In this document: in pieces, positions 1-10,856 of the stretch
How the letters are laid out: every line of letters begins with the position of its first letter
Numbering within the stretch: the first letter of the stretch is position 1
NCBI RefSeq assembly: GCF_046119375.1
Contig: NW_027362763.1
Span: 548,948,001-549,012,000, forward strand
Reading direction: 5' to 3'
Origin: Phyllobates terribilis
Lineage: Eukaryota
DNA: 64,000 nt
The notes under the pieces: generated by a model
What the model was told of the DNA's origin: nothing
What the model saw: only the letters and a program-made list of their open reading frames with translations
Database searches by the model: none
Translations under genes and position numbers: made by a program

Positions 1-200
1 ACTTGGGTCTACGCCCTGCAGTCTCGGGCGTCTGCTGAATGTCCCTCACTGCCACCACCCCTCTGACATCTCCTCCTGCTAGTGGAGGAAGAAATGGTAA
101 GTGAGTGGGATTGGGGTATGGCCCGAGGGGTGACTAAAACTTGCTGCATGATTTGTCTCTCTTTCTGTTCTTCAATAGTTGGGAGGTATGAGTTTTCCCA
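1..200. repeat. Dispersed repeat fragment, homologous to ~22845-23035
   Basis: GGGTCT(A/G)CGCCCTGCA...AATGTCCCTCACTGCCAC...CTGACATCTCCT...GCTGCATGATTTGTC..TCTTTCTGTTCTTC is collinear in both places. Family not identified. Confidence 0.65.
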
Positions 201-369
201 CAAACAAAGTACATTTAATAAATAGATCTTGGAATAAAAACAAGATCTAAAATTGGATGTGTTAAAAAAAAATATTCCTGTGTTGAGATAAAATTTATAA
301 ATGTGCCCCTGCTACAGGTGCATCTCACTAAATTAGAATATCATCAAAAAGTGAATTTATTTCAGTTCT

Positions 370-761
370 GCTGCTGAGCCGCCGGGTGTCTGGTGGGGCC
401 AGGAGTCCTGCAGTCTCCTGCCCTCCGGATTTAGCTGCCAGGCCTTCAGTTCCCGCACAACCACGGACTCCGGTGTCCGATTCCCTTGCGCTTCTCTCTG
501 GGGCGAGCTTCTTCACAGCTCCCTTCCCCAGGTCCTTCCTCGTCACTCTCCTGTCTCCAACTCTCCTTCAATTAACTCTTTCTAACCCCGCCTCCACATT
601 TCCAGTTTGAAGGGGAGGAGCTCCCCTATCTGGTCTGGAGCCAGGAAAGTGTTGGATGCTTGTACACCTGATTAGGGGACCCCTCCTTGCTTCTAGGTAT
701 GGCATCACCCCCTGTGAGGGAGGCAATGCCACTGTGGCAATCGGACCCCTGGGGTGCCACA
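370..761 (-). mobile_element. Truncated LTR (same family as 762-2109, 10857-12125, 45966-47214)
   Basis: Ends ...GGCAATCGGACCCCTGGGGTGCCACA (761), homologous to ...GCAACCGAACCCTCGGGGCGCTACA (12125) and ...GACTGAACCCTCAGGGGCGCCACA (47214). The other end is lost. Confidence 0.7.
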
Positions 762-2109
762 ACTGCATCTCAGCCAGAGGTGTGGTACCCCACTCTCGGA
801 TAAAGAGGGAGCACTACCCGGGACCCATACACCCACATCCAACACCACATCACTCCAGTAAGGAAGGGCGAGATTTATCCTGAGGGAGAGCACAGTCCCT
901 GTCCCTGTCTGGAGAAGGGAACTAGGTAGAGGAGGTGGGTGGAGGAAGTAGTTTAGGGGAGCACACAAGGAAGGACTGAAGGCAGAGAGTGACAGTTAGT
1001 GATGTGGGTCGCATGACAGACAGTATAAAAAGACAGGGAGAAACATCTAGAAGTGACCAGTGAGTGAGGACCATTGAAGAGTAGGGTCCAGACAGAGTGA
1101 GGACCCATTCAGTGGGGCCCAGTGAGTGAGGACCGTTGAGGAGTAGGGTCCAGACAGAATGAGGGCCCAGTCAGAGGGGCCCAGTGAGTGAGGACAGTTG
1201 AAGAGTAGGGTCCAGACAGAGTGAGGGCCCAGTCAGACTGGCCCAGTAGGAGAGAGAACGAGAGGAGCGCGGGATTCAGAGAAGGGCTCCAGAGACAGAG
1301 AAGGGATCTTAGTGGCACAGGAAGTGCGGAGTCCACCCGTGTGCCCGAATTCACGCCGACCGAAGTCGGAAGAAGGGATCAGGTCACAGTAGGGGACCGG
1401 CCCCAGACTAGTGGAGGACTGCAAGACTCAGCTAGCAAACCAGAGGCTGCGGTGTCTCTAAGTTCCGTAGCCAAAACCACACACATTCACTGAAAAGGTG
1501 GCCATATAGGACCAAGGGCACAGAGAGGACGTCGCCCGACAAGGCCCGCGGCCACTGGCTCGGGACACTGTGTGTGAGGCGCAGGACAGGAGGGCGAGAG
1601 CCAGCGCAGAGAGAGACGACCCGGGAAAGGTACACAAGAAGGGGGTCCTGATCAAGTGCACCCAAGTTATCTGAGAGTTGGCTGGATCACTTCCCTGAAG
1701 GACACAGGACTTGGTGGGCTGTTATAACCTGCTGGCTGTTGTAACCTGGAACATCATAAGAACTGTGAGTAAAAACTTGAAGACTGCACCCCGCTGTGTC
1801 CTTGCATTAATTGCTGCGTCACCTGCCTTGCACTACACAAACAACAAAGCTACCTCTTTAACTGCCCTGGGGCCTAGCTGTTACCCGTGGAGAGCTGAAC
1901 CATCTCTGCTGCGGCACCAACGGCCCCAGTGGATCTGAACAGCAGCGGCGGCCACCTATAGCCGCATACCACGGGTGGCGTCACGAAACTTTATCCCCAA
2001 AACTTTATTCCCCTCTGTTATTGACAACCCGGGGCCACGCCACCGTGACTATCCTAAAAGAACCGACCGGCCAGGCGCTGAGTACTCCACGGCCCCAGGG
2101 GGCGCGTCA
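762..2109 (+). mobile_element. Solo LTR (~1.35 kb, first ~35 nt missing), Gypsy/ERV-type
   Basis: Starts ACTGCATCTCAGCCAGAGGTGTGG, matching the family sequence just inside its terminus. TATAAAA box near 1025, GTGAGTAAA polyA-like signal near 1765, ends GGGGCGCGTCA. Confidence 0.75.
1059..1245 (+). repeat. Three ~62-bp tandem repeats inside the LTR
   Basis: CAGTGAGTGAGGAC..TTGA.GAGTAGGGTCCAGACAGA.TGAGG.CCCA.TCAG..GG.CC repeated three times. Confidence 0.85.
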
Positions 2110-3169
2110 ATTATATAGAGTCATTACAAACAGAGTGATCTATTTCAAGTGTTTATTTCTGTTAATGTTGATGATTATGGCTTGCAGCCAATGAAAACAC
2201 AAAAGTCATTATCTCAGTAAATTAAAATAATTAACAAGAAACACCTGCAAAGGTTTCCTAAGCATTTAAAAAGGTCCCTTAGTCTGTTTCAGTAGGCTCC
2301 ACAATCATGGGGAAGACTGCTGACTTGACAGATGTCCAGAAGGCAGTCATTGGCACACTCCACAAGGTCCCAGAGTTCCAATTTTCATTTTGAAATCAAT
2401 GTCCCAGAGTCTGGAGGAAGAGTGGAGAGGCTACAATCCAAGCTGCTTGAGGTCTAGTGTGACGCTTCCACAATCAGTGATGGCTTGGGGAGACATGTCA
2501 TCTGCTGGTGTAGGTCCACTATGTTTTATCAAGACCAAAGTTAGCGCAGCCGTCTACAAGGAAATTTTAGAGCACTTCATGCTTTCCTCTGCCAACAATC
2601 TTTATGGAGATGGAAATTTCATTTTCCAGCAGGACTTGGCACCTGTCCACACTGCCAGCAGTGCCACAAGCTGATCGCCTCCATGCCACGCCGCATTGAT
2701 GTAATAATTAATGCAAAAGGAGCCCCAACCAAGTATTGAGTACATTTACTGAACATACATTTCAGTAGGCCAACATTTCAGATTTTAAAAACTATTTTCA
2801 AGCTGTTGTTATAAAGTATTCTAATTTACTGAGATAATGACTTTTGTGTTTTCATTGGCTGTAAGCCATAATCATCAACATTAACAGAAATAAACACTTG
2901 AAATGGATCACTCTGTTTGTAATGACTCTATATAATATATGAGTTTCACTTTTTGTATTGAAGAACTGAAATAAATTATGGTAGCTTTTTGATGATATTC
3001 TAATTTAGTAAGATGCACCTGTATGTGCTGGGTACTGGCTGTGTCTCACCATGTAGGAACATGGTCTGGTCATACCACAGCTCCTGGCCAGGAAAGGAAG
3101 AAAAAGAGAGTATATAGAGAACAGCATGGTTTCACTGCTGCTGCTTTCTGTGAGGTAAAACATGCTTAA

Positions 3170-3512
3170 AAACAAGTATGTGGCTGTAGACTTGTGAATC
3201 CTCACATCCTGGCACTGCATACTGTGAGGATACTCCTTTGCCGGCTCCAGGAGCAGGAGGTCATGTGACTACAAGTATGCGATATGCATAATTCTGACTA
3301 GACTGTTTCTGACCTTGCGCAATACATTTGCCCATCTAGTCAGAATGTGGCCGGTAATATGCATATCGCATACTTGCGGTCACATGACTTTCCATTCCCA
3401 GCGCGGGCAACGAAGAAACCTCAAAGTGAGAAGTACACGCAATGTGAGCATTCCCAAGTCTGTAGTCACGTAGGGTGACTGCAGATTTGCAGGTTAAGCC
3501 GGGACAACCCCT
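3170..3512. mobile_element. Kolobok/T2-type MITE remnant
   Basis: Right terminus GGGACAACCCCT|TTAA. Internal inverted arms TCATGTGAC..CAAGTATGCGATATGCATA / TATGCATATCGCATACTTG..GTCACATGA. Left end degenerate. Confidence 0.55.
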
Positions 3513-3727
3513 TTAATCTGAAGCTAGACATACCAATTTGCAATCGTGCAGACAGACTCTAATTCATACTGCTAGGACATTATTATAATGACATGTTCTC
3601 TTTAAATCCTTATTATATCCTCCTGCAAAATAAATAAAAGTTTACTAATTATTTATATTATAACCAAACATTTTAATATTCATGTTTTAAAGAGACATGA
3701 AAATCAGTCAGTGTATCAAGTTATATA

Positions 3728-5349
3728 CAGTACAGACCAAAAGTTTGGACACACCTTCACATTTAAAGATTTTTCTGTCTTTTCATGACTATGAAAATTG
3801 TACATTCACACTGAAGGCATCAAAACTATGAATTAACACATGTGGAATTATATACTTAACAAAAAAGTGTGAAACAACTGAAAATATGTCTTATATTCTA
3901 GGTTCTTCAAAGGAGCCACCTTTTGCTTTGATGACTGCTTTGCACACTCTTGGCATTATCTTGATGAGCTTCAAGAGGTAGTCACTGGAAATGGTCTTCC
4001 AACAATCTTGAAGGAGTTCCCAGAGCTGCTTAGCACTTGTTGGCCCTTTTGCCTTCACTCTGCGGTCCAGCTCACCACAAACCATCTCGATTGGGTTCAG
4101 GTCTGGTGACTGTGGAGGCCAGGTCATCTGGCATAGCACCCCATCACTCTCCCTCTTGGTCAAATAGCCCTTACACAGCCTGGAGGTGTGTTTGGGGTCA
4201 TTGTCCTGTTGAAAAATAAATGATGGTTCAACTAAACACAAACCGGATGGAATAGCATGCCGCTGAAAGATGCTGTGATAGCCATGCTGGTTCAGTATGC
4301 CTTCAATTTTGAATAAATCCCCAACAGTGTCACCAGCAAAGCACCCCCACACCATCACACCTCCTCCTCCATGCTTCACAGTGGGAACCAGGCATGTAGA
4401 ATCCATCCGTTCACCTTTTCTACGTCGCACAAACACATGGTGGTTGGAACCAAAGATCTCAAATTTGGACTCATCAGACCAAAGCACAGATTTCCACTGG
4501 TCTAATGTCCATTCCTTGTGTTCTTTAGCCCAAATAAGTCTCTTCTGTTGTTGCATGCTGTGGTTTCCTAGCAGCTATTTTACCATGAAGACCTGCTGCA
4601 CAAAGTCTCCTCTTAACAGTTGTTGTAGAGATGTGTCTGCTGCTAGAACTCTGTGTGCCATTGACCTGGTCTCTAATCTGAGCTGCTGTTAACCTGCGAT
4701 TTCTGAGGCTGGTGACTCGGATAAACTTATCCTCAGAAGCAGAGGTGACTCTTGGTCTTCCTTTTCTGGGGCGGTCCTCATGTGAGCCAGTTTCTCTGTA
4801 GCGCTTGATGGTTTTTGCAACTGCACTTGGGGACACTTTCAAAGTTTTCCCAATTTTTCGCACTGACTGACCTTCATTTCTTAAAGTAATGATGGCCACT
4901 CGTTTTTCTTTACTTAGCTGCTTTTTTCTTGCCATAATACAAATTCTAACAGTCGATTCAGTAGGACTATCAGCTGTGTATCCACCAGACTTCTGCACAA
5001 CACAACTGATGGTCCCAACCCCATTTATAAGGCAAGAAATCCCACTTATTAAACCTGACAGGGCACACCTGTGAAGTGAAAACCATTTCCGGTGACTACC
5101 TCTTGAAGCTCATCAGGAGAATGCCAAGAGTGTGCAAAGCAGTCATCAAAGCAAAAGGTGGCTACTTTGAAGAACCTAGAATATAAGACATATTTTCAGT
5201 TGTTTCACACTTTTTTGTTGAGTATATAATTCCACATGTGTTAATTCATAGTTTTGATGCCTTCAGTGTGAATGTACAATTTTCATAGTCATGAAAATGC
5301 AGAAAAATCTTTAAATGAGAAGGTGTGTCCAAACTTTTGGTCTGTACTG
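3728..5349 (-). mobile_element. Tc1-superfamily DD38E (Intruder-type) transposon, copy 1
   Basis: TA|CAGTACAGACCAAAAGTTTGGACACACC ... GGTGTGTCCAAACTTTTGGTCTGTACTG|TA. TIRs 3728-3996 and 5082-5349. Transposase on the minus strand. Confidence 0.95.
3891..4935 (-). pseudogene. DD38E transposase, frameshifted near 4550
   Basis: MARKKQLSKEKR...GRPR (paired-like DNA-binding domain). WSDESK, QQDN and SPDLNPIE motifs, with 38 residues between the second D and the E. A ~10-nt deletion after ARKP relative to copy 2 splits ORFs 4525..4998 and 3891..4556. Confidence 0.92.
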
Positions 5350-5882
5350 TATGTTTAAAACACAATGTGGGAACTGAGGAAAATGAAGCTAAAAGAAAAT
5401 TTTAATAGTTCCTAATATTGATTGTGTCACATTTCTTCATAACCCTTTATTAATATAACTCCATATTAGATCAGGTTTGTAGTTTTAAGGTAACTTACAT
5501 TAAATAGGATGATTACATATTTCTTTGTCTCCGTATCTGAAATAATAAAATCATTATTTCATTGAAATGAATTCAGTGTTATTACCTAAAGTGTTCTTTC
5601 AGCAAACCGGCTACCTGATACTTTAATGTTTAATACCTAGTCACCAAGATTAAAAAAAGGCATTTTGTGTCATAAAATAGGAATCTTTGGGGAAGGAATT
5701 ACAAAAGTACATACTGTTCTGTTAACTAGAATAACCCTGGGTGCAGTACACTTTCCATCATTTTATCTTATTCAAACTGCAGCTTAAAAATTAATATTTA
5801 CTTTTTAGGCATGCCAAATGCAATGTTTCAAGGGTCCTAGAGAATCTAGTCAGCAATCAAATGCTCTAAATATAACTTTTAA

Positions 5883-6316
5883 CCCCTTTACCACCTTGGG
5901 TTTTTCTGTTTTTGCGTTTTCGTTTTTTGCTCCCATTCTTCCCAGAGAAATAACTTTTTTATTTTTCCATCAATATGGCCATGTGAGGGCTTATTTTTTG
6001 CGGGATGAGTTGTACTTTGGAATGCCACCATTGCTTTTACCATATCTTGCATTGGAAAATGGGAAAAAAATTCCAAGTGCGGTGAAATTGTAAAAAAAGT
6101 GCAATTCCACAACTGTTTTTTGTTTTTTATCATGCTCACTAAATGCTAAAACTGACCTGCCATTATGATTTCCCAGGTCATTACGAGTTTGTAGATACCA
6201 AACATGTATAGGTTCTTTTTTATTTTTATTTTTTACTCCGAGACCAGTAACGTCTCCATTTATCGGGATCTGGGGCCGGATGAGGTCTTATTTTTTGCGT
6301 GCCGAGCTGACATTTC
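5883..6316 (+). mobile_element. piggyBac-like non-autonomous element, one-ended fragment
   Basis: TTAA|CCCCTTTACCACC terminus, followed by T-rich sequence resembling an arm of the 18311-22293 element read on the opposite strand. Confidence 0.55.
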
Positions 6317-6639
6317 TGAAGGCTCCAGACGTTGGTGGGGCAATGTCTTGGAGGTTTGGGGGTGAGGGGGCAGACATTCTTAATGTCTACCTGTTTGGGC
6401 AAGATTGCTCTTGTCATGAGCGAATTAAGGTTATCTTGTTATAAGTGAATGGTTGATATTTATTATTTATTTATTTATTAAAGAAAGTTTAATATATTTG
6501 GTATTCATATTTTAATGGAAATAAAATAACCCTTAATAAAGCTCCATGGCTATTTTGCTCCACTGACATCTGAGTGCATTATTTACTTAACATATAGAGT
6601 AAGTTGTTGGGTTCTATGTTGCCATGATGAGTCCACCAA

Positions 6640-7800
6640 CCCACCCCATTGCCTCCTACCCAGTATGATGCCACCACATGCCATACGAAAGCTCTCATGA
6701 ACCCCTCACACAGTATGAAGGCTCCTACATGGTATGATGGCCCTCACAGCCCCTCATACATTATGATGTCCCCACAGCCACCCACCTCACACACACAGTA
6801 TGATAACCCCACAGCCCCCCACAAAGTTTGATGCTCCCACAGGCCTGTCACAGTCTGATGGCTCTTTCACAAAATGATACTCCCACACGCTATGATGGGT
6901 CTCACAGACTCACACACAGTATGATATCATCATAGCCCCCCACACAATATGATGGCCCCACAACCCTCCTTACAGTATGATGGCCCCATAACCTCCACCC
7001 CCACACATAGTATGATTGGACCCACAACCTGCCCCACTGCCTCATACACAGAATGATGCCACCACAAACTACAACACAGTATGTTGGCCACCACTCACAA
7101 TATGAAGGCTCCCACAGCCCCTCACTCAGTATGATGGGCACCAGCCGTGTCACCAGACACCAGCTGTCCTGTGACAGTGGGCCTGGGAAAGGCTCTGTCA
7201 AAGTCCCACTTCCATTTACTGGGAGCTAGGTGAAAAGTATTCCCAGCCCTCAAGGGCTCGCCTAGCTGGGCAGCTTGTGACAAGTGCGTCTGTGGCTGCG
7301 CCTTTGCTGGTTTGGTGTCAGTCTTGGTGGGTCCCACTGCACAGCGCATAACACCCACACAGTATGATGGCTCCCCAACTATGATTGCCCCCACAGCTGC
7401 TCACACAGTTTGATGTTCCCATAGCCCCCCACACAGTATGATGCTCTCACAGGCCCCACCACTGTATAATGCCTCCACAGTACCCACAGAGTATGAAGGC
7501 TTTCCCACAGAATAATTCCCCAAACAGTATGATGGGTCTCAAAGCCTCACGCACAGTATGATATCACCATAGCCCCTCCACACAGTATGATGGCTCCACA
7601 GCTCCCCACCTCCACACAAAATTTGATTTAGACCCACAACCCACCCCACTGCCTCATGCACACACAATATGATGCCACCACAAACTACAACACAGTAAGA
7701 TGGCCTTCTAATTATGATAGCCCCCAGAGCTCTGAACACAGCATGATGACTCCCACACAGTATAACAGTCCCCATAGCACCGACACAGTATGCTGCTTCC
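6640..7800 (+). repeat. Degenerate ~20-26-bp minisatellite (CCCCACACAGTATGATG core)
   Basis: Dozens of imperfect CCCC(A)CACA(C)AGTATGATG units, interrupted by a unique segment at ~7143-7348. Confidence 0.8.
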
Positions 7801-8475
7801 ACAGGCCGCTAACGAATCCACGAGTTCCATAAAAGGATGCTGTTGCAATTGAGACACTGGATGAGAAGGAAGGCCCTGCGCTTTTCAGCACCAGACTCCC
7901 AATTCGGGAATCACACCTTTCACGTTGTCTGCTTCTATTAGTGTGCCACTGATCCCAGATCAGAAGAAGGAAGTCTCGCAAAGCTGTCAAAATAGTGATG
8001 ACAATCCCAGACTGGCCAAAGGGTCAGAGCTTTAATCACCAAATTATAGAGGGATTTAAATATACAGTACAGACCAAAAGTTTGGACACACCTCATTTAA
8101 AGATTTTTCTGTATTTTCATGACTATGAAAATTGTACATTCACACTGAAGGCATCAAAACTATGAATTAACACATGTGGAATTATATACTTAACAAAAAA
8201 GTGTGAAACAACTGAAAATATGTCTTATATTCTAGGTTCTTCAAAGTAGCCACCTTTTGTTTTGATGACTGCTTTGCACACTCTTGGCATTCTCTTTATG
8301 AGCTTCAAGAGGTAGTCACCAGAAATGGTTTTCACTTCACAGGTGTGCCCTGTCAGGTTTAATAAGTGGGATTTCTTGCCTTATAAATGGGGTTGGGACC
8401 ATCAGTGGTGTTGTGCAGAAGTCTGGTGGATACACAGCTGATAGTCGTACTGAATCGACTGTTAGAATTTGTATT

Positions 8476-10328
8476 ATGGCAAGAAAAAAGCAGCTAAGTA
8501 AAGAAAAACGAGTGGCCATCATTACTTTAAGAAATGAAGGTCAGTCAGTGCGAAAAATTGGGAAAACTTTGAAAGTGTCCCCAAGTGCAGTTGCAAAAAC
8601 CATCAAGCGCTACAAAGAAACTGGCTCACATGAGGACCGCCCCAGGAAAGGAAGACCAAGAGTCGCCTCTGCTTCTGAGGATAAGTTTATCCGAGTCACC
8701 AGCCTCAGAAATTGCGGGTTAACAGCAGCTCAGATTAGAGACCAGGTCAATGCCACACAGAGTTCTAGCAGCAGACACATCTCTTCAACAACTGTTAAGA
8801 GGAGACTTTGTGCAGCTGGCCTTCATGGTAAAATAGCTGCTAGGAAACCACTGCTAAGGACAGGCAACAAGCAGAAGAGACTTGTTTGGGCTAAAGAACA
8901 CAAGGAATGAACATTAGACCAGTGGAAATCTGTGCTTTGGTCTGATGAGTCCAAATTTGAGATCTTTGGTTCCAACCACCGTGTCTTTGTGCGATGCAGA
9001 AAAGGTGAACGGCTGGACTCTACATGCCTGGTTCCCACCGTGAAGCATGGAGGAGGAGGTGTGATGGTGTGGGGGTGCTTAGCTGGTGACACTGTTGGGG
9101 ATTTATTCAAAATTGAAGGCATACTGAAGCAGCATGGCTACCACAGTGTAGCATCGGCGTCTCTGCCCCCTGCCAGGCAGAGACACCGTCCCCCTTACCG
9201 TCGCGGTCCTGCTCCAGCGTCTTCCGGCCTCCATGCAGCTGCTGCTGGTGCACGCAGGTTCCCTGGCTCTGTACTTAGGGGCCACGCGCACCGTCGTAAA
9301 ACGTCCCCGGCCAATCACCGGAGGGCTTTCCCTATAAGAGGCACCTCCTCCAATATGGAGGTGCCTGTGCAAGGTTGTTGCTTTGTGATTCTTACTTTGC
9401 TTCAGCCCCCAGGTCCTCTGCAAGTCAGTCCTGTTCGCCAGTCTGATCTTCTGCTCAGTCCGCTAGCCTGACTTCTCTTCTGCCCGACAGTCTGTCTACC
9501 GTCCAGTTCAACAGTCTGTCTATGGACTCTGCCTGCCTGCTTACCTGGAAGCACCCACCTGTTACCTGCCGTGCCTGCCTGCCCATTTACCTGGAAGCAC
9601 CAGCCAGCTACCGGTTGTGCCGCCAGCTTGCCTACCCGGAACACTCGCCTGACTATCTGCCTAATCAGCCTGCTTGTCTACCTGGACCACCCGTCAGCCT
9701 TCCATCCGAAGCTCATCCGCTGTACCGGTCAGTTCCTGCCTTCTGACCCGTGGGAGTCACCTGCTCTCATACAAGGTTGGTCCCAGAGTGGCACCTGGTC
9801 CCTCTGCTCAGTTCCTCCCTGGTTCACGGAGTCGATTGAGCCGCCGTGTAACCTTGGTCGGACCGATTTGATACTTAGTCACGCCCCTCTGGCCTCTCCT
9901 TGCACCGCAGCACAGAGGTTCCACCACCCGGATCCGTAACACGCAGCATCTTGCAGCGGCATGCTATTCCATCCGGTTTGCGTTTAGTTGGACCATCATT
10001 TATTTTTCAACAGGACAATAACCCCAAACACACCTCCAGGCTGTGTAAGGGCTATTTGACCAAGAAGGAGAGTGATAGGGTGCTACGCCAGATGACCTGG
10101 CCTCCACATTCACCAGACCTGAACCCAATCGAGATGGTTTGGGGTGAGCTGTACCGCACAGTGAAGGCAAAAGGGCCAACAAGTGCTAAGCATCTCTGGG
10201 AACTCCTTCAAGATTGTTGGAAGACCATTTCCGGTGACTACCTCTTGAAGCTCATCAGGAGAATGCCAAGAGTGTGCAAAGCAGTCATCAAAGCAAAAGG
10301 TGGCTACTTTGAAGAACCTAGAATATAA
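8476..10328 (+). pseudogene. DD38E transposase with a nonsense codon (TGA 8908-8910, W in copy 1) and an LTR insertion at 9147-9941
   Basis: ORFs 8413..8910 and 8932.. are in the same frame. The C-terminus (QQDN-x-NPIE ... GYFEEPRI*) resumes after the insertion in ORF 9900..10328. Confidence 0.92.
9147..9941 (+). mobile_element. Solo LTR, 795 bp
   Basis: TGTAGC...GTAACA termini, 5-bp TSD CACAG/CGCAG. CCAAT then CCTATAAG promoter-like motifs near 9310-9340. Cleanly interrupts the transposase codons GYHS|ILQR. Confidence 0.9.
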
Positions 10329-10856
10329 GACACATTTTCAGTTGTTTCACACTTTTTTGTTAAGTATATAATTCCACATGTGTTAATTCATAGTTTTGAT
10401 GCCTTCAGTGTGAATGTACAATTTTCATAGTCATGAAAATACAGAAAAATCTTTAAATGAGAAGGTGTGTCCAAACTTTTGGTCTGTACTGTATACAACT
10501 GAGAAATATGTTTGTTTGGTCTCTTTACTTCAAGAAGTTGCCCAGTTTCTCATTATTTTTTGAGTTGTCTTTATTAAGGTTGTCAGTGATGCAACACTAA
10601 AATAAAAGTGACTGCTTTACTGGCCACCCCAGCTCCTAAGCTTTAAAATTCTGTCCAGTCTTAAAGGGGTCTTCCGAAACTAACATTGATTTTAATCCTA
10701 AATGTATGTCTATTTAACGTAATAATATAATAGCTTTTCTGACATACTTTATTGAAAAAGTCCCTATCGTTCCCTGTTAACTCTTTCTAACTGCTTAATT
10801 GTTTTTTTTCCTACTTCCAGATTGATGACATTTCGTTTGAGAATCCCTAGTGCTTG

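Larger units (their letters stand above)
315..3021 (+). mobile_element. Internally deleted Tc1-type DNA transposon; left TIR interrupted by LTR insertions (370-2109)
   Basis: TA|CAGGTGCATCTCACTAAATTAGAATATCATC at 315 and the inverted end ...TCTAATTTAGTAAGATGCACCTG|TA at 3021. The left TIR resumes at 2110 (ATTATATAGAGTCATTACAAAC), matching the right TIR. Transposase remnants: MGKTADLT start near 2306, and VMAWG / IFQQDLAP motifs in ORF 2390..2674. Confidence 0.9.
8065..10491 (+). mobile_element. Tc1-superfamily DD38E transposon, copy 2, with nested solo LTR
   Basis: TA|CAGTACAGACCAAAAG ... CTTTTGGTCTGTACTG|TA. Same family as copy 1 in opposite orientation, with an 800-bp insertion. Confidence 0.95.
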
